A DNA stretch of 64,000 nucleotides, taken from the NCBI GenBank assembly GCA_028534125.1, contig CM052817.1, forward strand, positions 65,784,001-65,848,000. Reading direction: 5' to 3'. This DNA is from Lama glama. Its lineage: Eukaryota. Under the pieces are notes generated by a model, which saw only the letters and a program-made list of their open reading frames with translations, ran no database searches and was not told where the DNA came from. Position 1 is the first letter of the stretch, and every line of letters begins with the position of its first letter. Shown here one piece after another: positions 25,463 through 38,500 of the stretch. The position numbers and the translations under genes were made by a program.

Positions 25463-26598
25463 TGTGGTAGAATATGAGTACTTGACACTCCTATTTTCAA
25501 TTATCTTTTAGACACAGGAAAAGATTGCACATCTCCAACCACTAGAATTTGGGAGCAGACATGTGACTTGCCTGGACAATGAAGTATTTAAAACCCAGTA
25601 TAAAAATTTTCAATTTGTCTGCCTGGCCTTATAGGTATGGCCAAGAAGGATAAAACAAAAAAACTATCAGAGGGCACAGCCAGGGATGACAAAAAAAATG
25701 GATTGGGGAACCCTTTCCAGGAAGCAGAATTGTCTAAGTCCTCAGCATAGACAGCTGTTGAAATGTGTTCTCAGGATGGTCTGTGTTACTATAGTCCAGG
25801 AACTTCTGTAGGTCCCCTGCTCTTCCTCTCTCAGAATGAAAATTCTGCTGTAATTACTGTCCCTGTTCCACCACTGCATGTAGGTATGAAGCAGAAGATC
25901 AAGGGCTTCCACATCTGGACATGACATAAAGAATATTGCATGTCACATCTAATCAAGAGACAATCATGCATCACCAAAAGATCCTGGATTTTCTGGTCAA
26001 TAATATTTTGGAAGGGTCTTAGAATTAATCACCTTTGGGAAAGAGTGGGTGTATTTGACATGCAGCAAAAACAAGGAGCCAATATTTGGTGATGAGAAGA
26101 GCTGTCCAAGGTTGAAATTAGTACCTCTCCCCATTTCCAGTTTTTCTGTTCTTCTAAGCCCTTGTGAGGATTGTATTTCCCCATCTCCCTGCTTTGGCCA
26201 ATGAAATGTTAGCAGAAGTGATATGTGCTTTTACAGGTAGAATTATTTAAAATATAATTCTCTGGTTTTCCCCTATCTTGGCAATTGTAGAAGCAGCTGT
26301 TATATGAAGATGCTATAAGATTACTGAATTGCTATGCTGTACACAAGAAACTAACATAATATTGTAAATCAACTATGTATCAATTGAAAGAAAGAAAGAA
26401 AGAAAGAAAGAGAAGAAAGACAAAGAAAGAAAGAAAGAGGTAGATTAAAGCAAGCTGATCAATTAAACATGTGAATAATAGTGATACCACAGAGTTACTT
26501 GGTTCCCTTTACATGAGGAAAAAACAACTTCTTTTCGTTAAGCCACTGAGATTTTGAAGTTGTTATCACATCCTAAGAGAGATTATCTGACTGATACT
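25463..26598 (+). mobile_element. Internally deleted MLT1 (I-like) MaLR provirus: partial 5' LTR, internal remnant, 3' LTR
   Basis: Two LTR-like copies: catgtgacttgcctggacaatgaa (~25560) and tgctttggccaatgaaatg (~26190). The internal end motif aatatttggtgatgagaagagc precedes the second LTR, which ends aagccactgagatttt...ctgactgatac. 5-bp TSD ttatc/ttaac. Confidence 0.7.
26323..26440 (+). mobile_element. Very short young L1 3' end with a (GAAA)n tail, inside the MLT1 3' LTR
   Basis: actgaattgctatgctgtacacaagaaactaacataatattgtaaatcaactat...caatt followed by a gaaa repeat. Confidence 0.85.
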
Positions 26599-28814
26599 TT
26601 AACCTAGACTCTAAATTATTTCTCATTTCCCTTGCAAAGTAATGTTTTTACGGTATCTGCTTTTGTTCTGGTTGTAACAGAAATGTTTTCCCATTGAAAA
26701 GAATTGGAGAAAGCCAAACAGAATAAAAGATAGAATTCAGACTACCCAGAGTCATCACAAGAAAGCATCTTGTCAGCATGTTGACTTTTTAGTTTCTGTA
26801 GCCTAGAGTGGGACAAGTCAGTGTTTTCAGACGAATGGAAAGGCATAAGAGAAAAACTCAGTGTTCAATGAAGCATTACTGGTAATTAAAGGCCACAGAT
26901 ACAAAATATAATGAATTGGAATAATTACCCATTCCTTCACAAATATAGAGTGTTATGAGGCTCAAGAACTACCCTTTAGGCCTGTTTGTTTTTCTTTGAA
27001 GAGTACTTGCTCAAAGTTTACTTTCTATTTACCAATAAACCACTTGGGTTACATAGTTCAAGTGATTTATTTTTTACATTCATGATTTATCTTATTTATA
27101 ATTTCTCTCTCCAAGGGTGCTTTCCACATTAAATAATCAACCTTGACAATACATGAGGGCAAATGTGTGGTAGATTGACAGGACCAAGTTTACTTGCTTT
27201 TCAGTCTTCCTAACAAATACAGTAACAGCGTCAGGTGCAGACTGGGAATTTAGAAGGTGCATTGCAATCAGTCAGTTCTGGACCCTCTCCAGGGACTTAC
27301 TCTTATAAGCTAATCTTTGAGGGTTAAATATTCTTCCTATGGCTTAATACAATCCATATCTTTTTGCTGCTAACTCTATTTCAAGGGGCTTTACTTAACC
27401 AGAAGATGCATTTTAGTCCCTCAGGGAGTGCTTTTCCAGTACCCGTGGTGTATCTAACACTGTGCAGTAAGAACTTGAGGGAAGAGGATGCGTTGTGCTG
27501 GAAGGATTCTTAAAGAAAGATGACACCTCAGGCCACATGTTTTTTCAGCTACATTTTACAAGCAGCTGCTCATGTACAGCTAGTCTGGAGAAAAATGAAC
27601 AGTTTATGCATTCTGATTTCCTTTCAGCCAGACTGACATCTCATATGCCACGTGCAGACTGAGGCATGTAGATATGTATGCATGTTCCAAGGGTATTCTT
27701 GAAAATTGCCCTGGACCGTATGCCTCTGACCTATCCTTAATCCCAGTGCATCCCCATTTGACCCTCAACTCTTGGCTCCACGTCTGTGTCTGATCCCACC
27801 TCTGGCAGCTGAGACTTGGTGCCGTAATTGGTGTCACTGGGATTCGTTTCTCAGCTCTGCCTACAGAGATTTTTGGTCTAAATTCTGATTCTCTCCTTGG
27901 CAGGCTGTCGCGGATAGTATGGCCCATCCTAATCCTCGCCTCTCATGACTTGGCTGATACCCTCGCCAGGCTGGCCCTGGGACTGTGATGGAACACAGTG
28001 CCTCTTTCAGAAATCATGATTACTGCACAGTATTTATTCCTCCTTCTGCTCTTCTTTGTGTTCCCTACAGGTAAACAAAAGCCTCCGTGGCTTAGAAAAA
28101 TACAGTAAAAATATGGTGTAATAGCTTTAATGAAAACCTGGTGGGGAAAGGAAGATTTTGGAGTTTATTCAGCTATTGAAAACACAGAGCTCATAAACAG
28201 GAGTTGAGATGACAGCATCCCCGCTTCACGTTGCACTGCCTGTGCTTTATAGCACTGCACACAGTCGCACTTTTTCCAAACAAAGAAAATCGCCAGGCCT
28301 CTCTGCACTTGGTATCAATTTAACTGATCGCATTCATTTCCATTATTACTTGAGGAAAAGTGAGCCTACTGGTTTTGACAGGGAGCTGGCCCTTTTCTGA
28401 GACCACATGAATATATTATGCAGCCACCTGTTTTAAGAGCCAGCAAATTGGCCAGCAATTATTAACCTGCCTTTTTCTATCAAAGTGCAATGATGAACAG
28501 GAGAGTAAAACAACACATTTCTCAGATCTGTTATTAGCCAAATATATAAAATGGACATTTGAAAACCATTTCTCTCCTCTCTTTGCATTAACAGGTTTTA
28601 GGTAAGAGTTCCTACCGTATCGCCTATGAGAGATTTCCACCTACACTGACTTCCAACTGAGTCTGTAAAGCTAGAGCGCTTGGCCCTTTAGAATCCTTTA
28701 AAAATGAGGACACAGAGGCACACGAGTTTCAGTATCTTATTCACCATCAGCAAGAAGGAGGCCGCAGAAGAGCACAAAGAAACCTACTGGCCCAGTGTGA
28801 ATTGCTGTGGCTTC

Positions 28815-29030
28815 GGTGTTGATGAGATCCAGGTTTGACAGCTGACTTTGACCTGAACACGTTGCGCGTTATGTGACTTTGGGCACCTAACTCACTCAAC
28901 CACAGTTTTATAAGTAAAATTAGATTAAAAAAAAAAAACCAAACCTGTATCATAAGATTGTTGAGGAATATTGAATAAAACCATGAGGTTAGCACATATG
29001 AAGCTATACATAAATGGTGACTATTTCTAT
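28815..29030 (+). mobile_element. MIR SINE
   Basis: tatgtgactttgggcacc...cataagattgttgaggaatattgaa...tagcacat...ataaatggtgactatt. Confidence 0.65.
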
Positions 29031-29384
29031 TGCCTCTTGTTTTACTAAATGTGCTTGGAGCCAGCCCCAGTAACATCAGTCCATAGACCTGAGCACTGAA
29101 GTGCAGAGAAGAGCCTTCCACCAGCCAAGGTGCTGAGCAATTATGACAGGGATTTTAGCGTCTCTGGGGCTGGGTTTAAGGATTGCAATATGGGAGTGGA
29201 GTCTGGACGAACTATCAAGGATAGATACAAAGATGAGTGCTAGAGAAAAATCTCTGAAAAATGATTTTGTGACTGTTGATACAACCAAAGATATTTCTCT
29301 TTGGTTCTGGAAGAAGAATGGCTCTTTGCACAAACACTGCCATTGACTCAAAATGAGCGGGCTCTGTGGAATTTTAAGATGATT

Positions 29385-29610
29385 ATATAAGCACAAGGGT
29401 TATCTATTTGTGCTAAGTGGTTCCAATGCACAAACTCATTTAATTTTACCACAGCTGTGTGAGGCTTTACCTCTTTTACACAGATAAGGGAAGTGAGGCT
29501 GTAGGGATTAAATAGTCTGTTCCTGGTTTTTTGGTTCATAAATCAGAGGCAAACAGACCCAGGTCCTTCTGACTTGAAAAGTCAAGTTCTCACCATTCTA
29601 CTATGTTTTG
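29385..29610 (-). mobile_element. MIR SINE
   Basis: aactcatttaatttt...ttttacacagataaggggaagtgaggct...cccaggtccttctgact. Confidence 0.7.
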
Positions 29611-29718
29611 TCCCCAAGAACCAGGAGTGCACCAACAAAAATCATATCTACATTCTATTTAAGAAGAAAATAAGATATTAAAAAAATGAATGTGCTTCTG
29701 CAGGAAATCCTTGCTACC

Positions 29719-29764
29719 TACACACACACACACACACACGCGCGCGCGCGCATATACACACACA
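29719..29764. repeat. (CA)9(CG)6 alternating purine-pyrimidine tract
   Basis: tacacacacacacacacacacgcgcgcgcgcgcatatacacacaca. Confidence 0.9.
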
Positions 29765-30194
29765 ATCAGATGTCATAAAATATCAGAGTATTTACTCAGA
29801 ATGGGTTATTTGAGGAAGAGGAAAAGAAGATGGGGAATTAGCTTATAAACTACAAAAAAACAAGAAACAGTGGGGCTAAACTTTGACTCTTTTATTTGTA
29901 ATTATCTTTGCTATCACCTTAAGATGATAAAGAAGGGTCACTAACATGTTTCCTATCAAGATGTTTCTAAGTACATTGAAGTTATGTTTCTTGAAGACTT
30001 TTCTCATAACACATTTTCCAATAGCATCATTTATCATAGTTATGAACTATGCAAACTACTCATTATATATATTCATATCTTCTTCCCTAGAACAAGTTCA
30101 AGGATTTGTATTCTTTCTGGGGAAAAAAATGAGAAATGGAGCATGCAGGTTTCTGTGTCTCTCTATGAAGTTCTTTGACTCTGTAGGAAGAAAT

Positions 30195-30320
30195 GTAATT
30201 CACTATTTAAGAAACATTTATTGAGCAGCCACTGTTTTCATGCCACTTTGCTAAATGCTAAATAGAAAAAAAGGGAGAAGATAGGTCCCTGGCCTTTAAT
30301 AAATATATAATCTTGTACAA
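30195..30320 (-). mobile_element. L2 3' end fragment
   Basis: aaacatttattgagcagccactg...tgctaaatgct...gtccctggcc. Confidence 0.6.
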
Positions 30321-30559
30321 ATGCCAACACTCTGGAATCATCTGACTACCAGTGCCACAGGGGAAACTGTCCCTGATCCTCTGCCCAGCCTTTCCTTTTT
30401 CCATGTAGCCTAATAACATGCTTCACCGTAAACCGTGATGTAATGTCTCGATAGGACAGTACAGAACTCCTGGGCAACCTCCTCCCCTCCTGACATTTGA
30501 GCATATATACAGAACTCCAATTCTCAGAAAACATTCATGTCTTCTGTACAATTTATCCA

Positions 30560-30800
30560 ACATTCTGGGAGCACTTATTCTTTACCAGGCATTTCTCTGG
30601 GAAATTATACATCTGTTTTCATATTTACTTTCATAGTGGTTTGCTGTTAATATAGTCACTCCCATTTTACCAATAAGGACATAAATAATCAGAAATATGA
30701 AGTAAATTGTACAAGATCATACCACCAGTTCACAGCAGAGCTGAGATGTAAACCAGGGGTGTTAAGAAAACTAAGTTCAGTTCTCGTTTTACTGCACTAC
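30560..30800 (-). mobile_element. MIR SINE
   Basis: ctcccattttaccaataaggac...aagtaaattgtacaagatcatac...cagcagagctgagatgtaaaccag. Confidence 0.65.
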
Positions 30801-30821
30801 TTTGTACTTAAGGACGGGTGG

Positions 30822-31193
30822 TGTGTCACACGAACAGGTCGGGCTCCTGGGAAGCAGATTCCAAGACAGAGATTAGTGCACAGGAAGGCTATTGGCTAGA
30901 ACTCTCGGAATCAACATGATCAGAAGAAGGAAGGAGGCAGGACAGTTGGGCGACGATGCAGTCACAAGAAGATCTCAGACAGCAAGACTTTGAACTTGCA
31001 CATCGACAAGATAGTGGATGCGCACTACCTTGGAAGGAGGGATTAAATTCAGGATCTCTGCAGGGAAAGGCAATGCCCAAAGAGGGCTAACACACAGTTG
31101 AGAGGTGCCAGTAACATTCACAGCAGCTGAGGGAAGATCCTTCCTTCATGAATCAGAAATTTGGATGGCACAGAAGAGCATTCCCACCTTACA
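30822..31193 (-). mobile_element. LTR16-family ERVL solo LTR
   Basis: ggtcgggctcctgggaagcagattccaagacagagattagtgcacaggaaggctattgg...ctctcggaatcaaca...cagcagctgagggaa resembles reverse LTR16. Confidence 0.7.
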
Positions 31194-33189
31194 GCCTTGT
31201 GGATCAGTCTCCCACACCAATTTTTTAGTGTCTTTGAACTATTTTAATTTAATCATTCACCATTGCAGCAAATCAACTTACAGGAAAACATTTTGTTTGC
31301 GTATTTTTTCCAGAGTGCATGACACCCAACTAAATAAACAAAAATAAAGTAAAAGCAAGAAAATGTGCTCAGTAATGGGCTAGAGTCACAGAGTGGCTGA
31401 GACCCATTCACAGGTGACATGGATCATGATGGGCGCGGGGAACGGCATTGCAAGCATGGAACGCTGGTGTCACAGGAGTCTGAATCAGGAAGAGAAAAGG
31501 AATTTGTCTGCCACTGTGTTTTTGACAAAACAGTCTCCTCCTTTAAGGAAAAAAACTACTCTTTTAAAAGCATGCTTAAAGATTGGTGTTAAGAAAATAA
31601 AAGTGTGTTTATTTAGAGTCTTGGGAATGCAGTCATGTTAGAATACAAATTCTTGGTCTCTATCCCACCACAATATCCTAGTTCACAAGTTAACTTCATG
31701 AAGGAAGAGGGTGGCCTACAGCTGCCTTGGATTATTTGACCCAAAGTGTAATGGATTTATTATAAATCCAAGCTAAAGAAGGCTACTATACTGAGTTTCT
31801 CTCTTTTTCTTTGAAGGCTCTCTCTATTTTAAACAAATATCACTTAATATTAATCAGATCAAACTATAATTCATTGACAAGCAATTGAGGCACATGAGGT
31901 GTATCTTTGTTTACAGAGTCCTTCATTTCATGAGATATTTGTATATGTCTGTCATTTTTAAATTGTATTGACCTTCCGCTATACAAACTGCAGTTAGTGA
32001 GAGGAAGCTCAATATTGTATTTGATGAAATTCCTTAAAGATCTCAGCCTTTCAGTAGATGTAAAACAGGAGATTGTTCCTTCTCCCAAATCATTTCATTA
32101 TTTTTAAAATTTTTATTAGACTCTTCTCTTATCCAAGCAACGTTAATATTCTTTTAGGGAGAGTAGTTTGACATTTTAAAGCAGCACTGCTTTTTAATTA
32201 TTGGTGTGCAAATAAAGATTCTTTCATTAAATGATTTTTCCCAGTACAGGTAGTACAGCTCAGCAATTTTCCAACTTTTTCTAAATTCTCTAAATATGAA
32301 AAGTTTCAACTCAGTTATCTCATGAAGATAAGTGAAAACCAGGTAGCTTCTAGAAGTCTTTATAATTCATTGTTTACTACAGATACACAATTCGCCCTTC
32401 GTTCTCTCAACATTTTTCTTGCTTGTCAGACTGCAATATTTCTCTGTACTTCAACACTTAAGCTGCATTCACTCATTCCGAAGGCCAGAAATCCTGGCTT
32501 TTTACTCTGGTCTCATTCACACACCGATTGCTCTGTAAGCAAGGTCACAAAAGAGACACACACAGTGGTGCAGTACACAGAATGATGTTTGAAGTACAAA
32601 AAGAAAAGATTAGGACTTCAATATTTAAACAGGTTTCCTCCAATAACGGAAGTAGGGCACTCTTGTGAAAACGAGGTTAGTCTCATTAGCCTAAGTAAAG
32701 ATGCAGTTGCCTTCGGACGTGGCTTGCTAACGAAGGCACAGAATAAATTAAGATAAAGCACAGATGCTCGCAGTCATGGTTCAAAGCTGGGGCAGTTGGA
32801 TGCTAAGACGCTGAGTGCAGTTTCCGGGAAAAGAGCTGTGTGGTACCCTTCCCGCTGCCTCTAGGACAGCTCCTGCCAAACCAAGACTGAGTGCTATTTT
32901 TGCTTTTTTGCCTCTTTTCCTAAAAGCAAAAATCCCCTTCGAATTTCTTCCAGTTAACGAAAACAAGTACAAATACAGGTCTCTTGTAAAAGTGGGGTAA
33001 AGCAAAATTTCAAAAAGCAGGGGGTACTTGTGTTTAGTTTGATTCCTAAAATAACAAGTAACACACACGTGACAGCCCCCTCGCTCAGCCCAGAGGACAG
33101 TTCAGAAATCAGCAGAGTTACAGGGTGAGGATGACAGGGGTGCTGTCTCGTGTTCCGCAGCCCGTGCTCAGGCAAGGGCGTTTACCCGT

Positions 33190-34770
33190 CATGCCTAGCT
33201 TCAACTCAGCTAACCCTCACACAGTAGAGGAGTGCTTTACAAAGATTCTTGCAAAGCAACAGTTGATTGAAGAAAATGCTAATGTAAGAAATTTCTCTCA
33301 TATGAAACACATCTTTACAGGTTTTCAGCAATATTTAGAATCATGCAATGCTCAATCTAGTAATTTATAAATATCCACTAACCATAATGATAGACCTTTA
33401 AATGTATCTTTTGAGGTTTCATGCTTACTGTCAAAGCATGAAAATCTTCATATTCTGTTGTGGCAAAAATGACCAAAACAATGTAAATAAATCACTATGA
33501 TGATAAATCAGTATTCACCCATTATTAGTAAATGCTAATTAAAGATACAGAGAAATATAAAGATTAAAAAAAAAACAAGAATTGGAACCAATTGAGCAGT
33601 TGTTAGACAGTTCAGTCAGTCACACCACTGATGTTTCTACTATTCTCAGAGTATGGCATTTGCTAGATTCTCTTCCAATGACAGAATACACATAAAACTA
33701 CAATTTGTGAGCCACTAAAGACAGATATACTCCAGAAAATATTTTCTCAACAGTAAGTGACATTTTTATATCATCATAATTTATGGATCAAAAAAAAATA
33801 CTGTATAAACTAACCCCTGGTAATAGTAGCCACTTTGGGATTCTAAAAAGAATTCTGCAAGAAGGTCAAAGAAATAGCCAAACATCTGTAATTCAGTCAC
33901 TATATCATTCGTAGACAAGCCATTGCAACAATGAAATGAAGCCAAAAATGCACAAAGTGCCACAATCTCATTCATCCGGTTAAGTTTGTTCATTTTCAAT
34001 GATACCTTTCAATTAAAAGGTATCTTCACAATAGATGCAATGAGGTATGCGATGGTTATGAAAACTGTTTTTTCCACAGGTTTACTTGTTATCAAGTGAC
34101 AAAGCACGTAGAGTTGCAGCAGTTCAACACAACTTAACATATTTTTTGTCTTAAGAAAGGAAAAAAAATAGTGTTCCAAATTTGCTTCCCTTCTGTGACA
34201 CAGGGAGGCTGTTGGTATAATGCAGATAATCTAAAACCAACCTGTGTAAGCTGTTCTTTACAGGTAAAGTTGACATTTTTACAGTAAATGAGAAAGTAGC
34301 TGTTTTATGAAAGGAAACCAAGCTATGTAGAGAACATTTGAAATGAATATTTGGAATTATTTCCCTTATTATTTCTTTTGCTGAAAACAAAGTGTCACAT
34401 TAAAACTCCCTCTACACTCTTTTAAAACTTGTGAACAGAATCTTCCAAATGAAGTTCTGAAAGGTTTTGAACCCGTCTGTTAAAAAGATTTTAAATGAAA
34501 CACCTCCTCCAATTAACTTGCAAGAACATCTGATTTACATCTGGGAGACAGAAATGTACTACAAGAATTTTTGTAAACAACAAAATTTTGCAAAAACGAA
34601 ACAAAGCAAAACCACAGAATTTTGAGTGGAAGCTTTTGATTTAGCAAGGACAGCCGGCATTCATCACTTCCATTTGCGCTTATGGTTTTTTCCCACAGTA
34701 ACATTTTTACCCGTGAAAGCCATTGGAATAATTATCAAAATACAGTAAAATTTATTGTAATACATTTTGA
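33190..34770 (+). mobile_element. Ancient hAT-Charlie (Buster-type) transposase fossil, possibly Charlie7-like
   Basis: Colinear motifs across frameshifts: CFTKILA (BED-finger remnant), SFEVSCLLSK, TTDVS/QSMAFARF, CEPLK/TPENIFSTVSDIF, VKEIAKHL*FSHYIIRRQAIA, GKVDIFTVNEKV, LELFPLL. Confidence 0.8.
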
Positions 34771-35549
34771 ATAAACTAAACCCGGTAATCACTTTCCTAT
34801 ATCAAAATGGGTTAAGCCAAAACTTTTTTTTTAATAGAGAAGGATATTCATTCACATTGCTTTCAAAATAGTGCTTTTGGCACCATTAATAAGAGAGATT
34901 ATTTAAAAATTAATATTTGCTCTATCTTTATATTTGAAATACACTTTGATATGTCTTACAATGTATAAACTAATACTTGTACATGATATATAAATATACA
35001 TATGTTGTGGGTAAAAGCTTAAACGTGTTTACTGATGAGGGTCTGAAATTTAAAAATTGCGATGACCTCTAACGGTCCTTTCCAGGGAAGGCTCCTGTTT
35101 TGGGTTCCATTTCGGATGTTCATGCTCTTGACCAGCAGGTGTCAATATCTGGAAGTGTGGCTGCATTCTTCCTGCAGGCAGAATGGAACTCTCACCTCCA
35201 ACAGGAAAACCCCTCTGCTGGCTTAAGAAACACCGACCACTTGAGTTTGTTCCCTTGGAAAAAAAAAACCAGGAAGGACCTATTTTCACTGGGCAAAGGT
35301 GGCAACCTGGCAGTGCATTTATTGCGTTCATATTTATTACATGGATTTTAAGAAGGACAGAAGTCTCATTGGACTGCAGGAGATGTTCTGGAAAGGGGAC
35401 ACCAAAACACCTTGCCATGAAAGCACCTGATTCCTGAGGTGGGCTGGGGGCGGTGGAACAAGCCTGTGCTGTGGAGCCAGAGAGATCTGGTTTCCAGTCC
35501 TCTCAGTAGTGACCTTGCGTCGCATGCCTTAGGCAACCAATCTGCAGCA

Positions 35550-38500
35550 CATGAATAATTTTGATGAAGTCCAATTTTTTAAATGTAAAACGAATTATGA
35601 TTGAAGTGTAAGATCACAAAGGTCACAAAGATTTTTTACCGTATGTTTTCCATGAGATGTATTTTAGTTTGTGGATTTGCATTTAAGTTTATGATCTATT
35701 TTGAGTTACTTTTTATATATTATGTTAACTATGCATTGAAAGGTTTTTTTTCTTTTTGGGTTTACGGATATCCAATTTTCTCAGCATCATTTTTTTAAAA
35801 AGATTAACTTTCCCCATAGAATGCCTTTGCACCATTGTAAAAATCAATTGACCATATACCTGTGGGTCTATTTCGGGACTCTATTCTGTTCCAGTGATGT
35901 ATTTGCCTATCTTCACACCAGTGGCAAATTGTCTTGATTACTATGGCAGTATAATAAGTCTTAGAATCCAATAATGTAAATCCTCCGTGATTATGAGCTC
36001 CATGACAAAAGACAGCTTTGTTTCTTCATGTCTAATATGAATGTCTTTCATTTCTTTTACTTGCCGTGATGGCTAGAATCTCCAAGGCAATGTTTTGGGT
36101 AAGTGATGAGAGAAACATTCTTAGAAAGAAATACTCAGCAGCAGTCTTTCCCTCTTAATTAGGATGTTAGATGTAGACTTTTCCTAAAATGTACTTTATC
36201 AGATTGAGAAAATTCTCTTCTATTTCTATTTTGATGAGATTTTGAATTTTAGCAGTGCTTCTCCTGCATCAATTGAGATGATTTTGTGTGTGTGTGGATA
36301 TGTGTTTGGGGGGTGTGTGTGAGTGTGTGTGTTTATCTGTTACTATGGTGAATTGCATAGATTTTTCAAATGTTAAATTAAACTTGTATTTCTGGGATAA
36401 ACGTTCCTTGGATTATAATGTATTATCCTTCCTATTTACTGTTGATTTGATTTGCCAACATTTTGTTAAAATTTTTTTGCATCTTTAAGTACATTGTTTT
36501 TTACTTCTCTTGCAATGCATTTTTCTGGTTTTGATATCAAGATAATTATGAATTCCATAGAATGAATTAGAAAATATTACTTCTTTTTCAGTTTTCTGAA
36601 AGAAGACTTGTATAATTGGTATTCTTTTCTTCCTTAAATGTTTAGTAGGATTCATCATTGAAGACACTTTGGTTTGGAGGTTTTTAACTTAAATTTCAAA
36701 TTATTCAGTAGACATGGGGATATTTGTATTCCATATTTGTTTCACAATAAACCTTGATAGTTTTAATAGTTTTACGTCTTTTAAGGAATTTATCCATTTT
36801 ATCTAAGTTGTAGAATATATTGATGTAAAGTTGTTCATTTGATTTCCAATTTTCCACCAAATATCTGTAATACTCATGTGATGTCACCTCTCTTATTTAT
36901 GATATTGGTGATTTATGTGGTTTTTTACTTGCCTGCTTTGTTTGGCTAAAAGTTAATCAATTTTATGGAACTTCTCCAAGAGTCCGATTTTGCTTTCATT
37001 GATTTTCTCACTTGTCTTTGTTTTCTGCTTCATTGGTTTCTACTCTGATTTTCAGTATTTCCTTTCTTCTGCTTGCTTTGGGTTCCATTGGTTTCTCTTC
37101 TCTTACTACTTTTTTGAGATGGAAACTAAGGTTATTTATTTGAGAAGTTTTTTTAATGTAAGTATTTTGTTCTAAAAATTTCCCACTCAGCAATGCTGTA
37201 TTGCAAATATATTGCTATGTTCTGTTTTAATTTTCACTCCACTCAAAACGCTCCAATTACCATTTGGGTCTTTCTTTGAATTACAATTTATTTATAATTG
37301 TTTTACTTCATCTTCAGATATTTGGGGATTTTCAGATGTCTTTCTATTGTTGATTTCATATTAATTCCATTGTGGTCAAAGAAGATACTTGGCATGACTT
37401 ATATTCTTTTAACTCTTCTGAAACTTGTTTTATGTCTCCGATATGACCTATCTTGGTAAATAGTCCCTGTGCACTTGAAAAAGAATGCATATTCTGTCGT
37501 TGCTGAGAGGAGTGTTTTATAGATGTCAATTGGGTTATGAAGATTGACAATGTTGTTCAAGTCGCTTGTATCCTTACTGATTTTCTCTCTACTCATTCTG
37601 TCAAATATTGGGAGAGGACTGTAGAAATCTCTGATTATCACTGTGGCTGTATCTATTATTTCTATTTGCAATTCTACCAGATTGTGCTTAATGGATTTTA
37701 AAATTCTTCTATTAGATGTATAAGCACTTAAGATTATTAGATCTTCTTGCTAAATTGACCCCTTTATTGCTAAGAAATGAGCTTCTTTATCATTGGTTAC
37801 ATCACTTTCTCTGAATTCTACTTTGATATTAATGCATTGTGAATTCATTCAGCATTTTTGTATCTAAAGTATCATATTTTACCTTCATTTCTAAAAGAGA
37901 TTTTCCCAGGGTACAGAATTCTAGGTTAATGGTTCTGTTCTTTCATTACTTTAAAGATCTTGCCCCACTGTCTTCTGATTTGAATTATTTCTGATGAGCA
38001 ATCTGTTGCGATGCTTGTTTTTTCTTCCTCTGCGTAATTTAACCCAACCCCCCATTCCTCTACCTGCTTTGAAAGTTTTGTCTGTATCATTAGTTTTGAG
38101 CAGTTTAATTATGATGTGCCTTGGTAACTTTTACCTACATTTCTTTTCTTGTTTTAGGGGGGGATGAGGGGAACTTGAGGTGTGGGGAGTTTTTGCCTTT
38201 GTTTTTCAGCTTCATAGACTTGCGAGTTTGTAGTTTTCATCAGTTATGGAAGTTTGCAGCTGTTGTTTTTTCAAATACCTTTTCTGCTCCTCATCTTTGG
38301 GAATTCCAATTACATGTGTATTATTCTACTTGAAGTTGTTCATCTTATTTTTCAGTGCTTTATTTTGGACAGTTTCTATTTCTGCATTCAAGTTCCCTAA
38401 TCTTTTCCTCAGTAAAGCCTAATATTCCATTAATGGCATCAGGATACAGTCAATCCTCATTAGTAGTGGATTCTGTATTTGCAAATTTACTTGCTCACTA

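Larger units (their letters stand above)
24945..26625 (+). mobile_element. Old L1MC/L1ME 5' region fragment, split by a MaLR provirus
   Basis: Left junction aagataacattatc and right junction aacctagactctaaattatttc rejoin into a recalled old-L1 5' motif (gataacatcatcctaggcctcaaattatttc). Confidence 0.5.
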
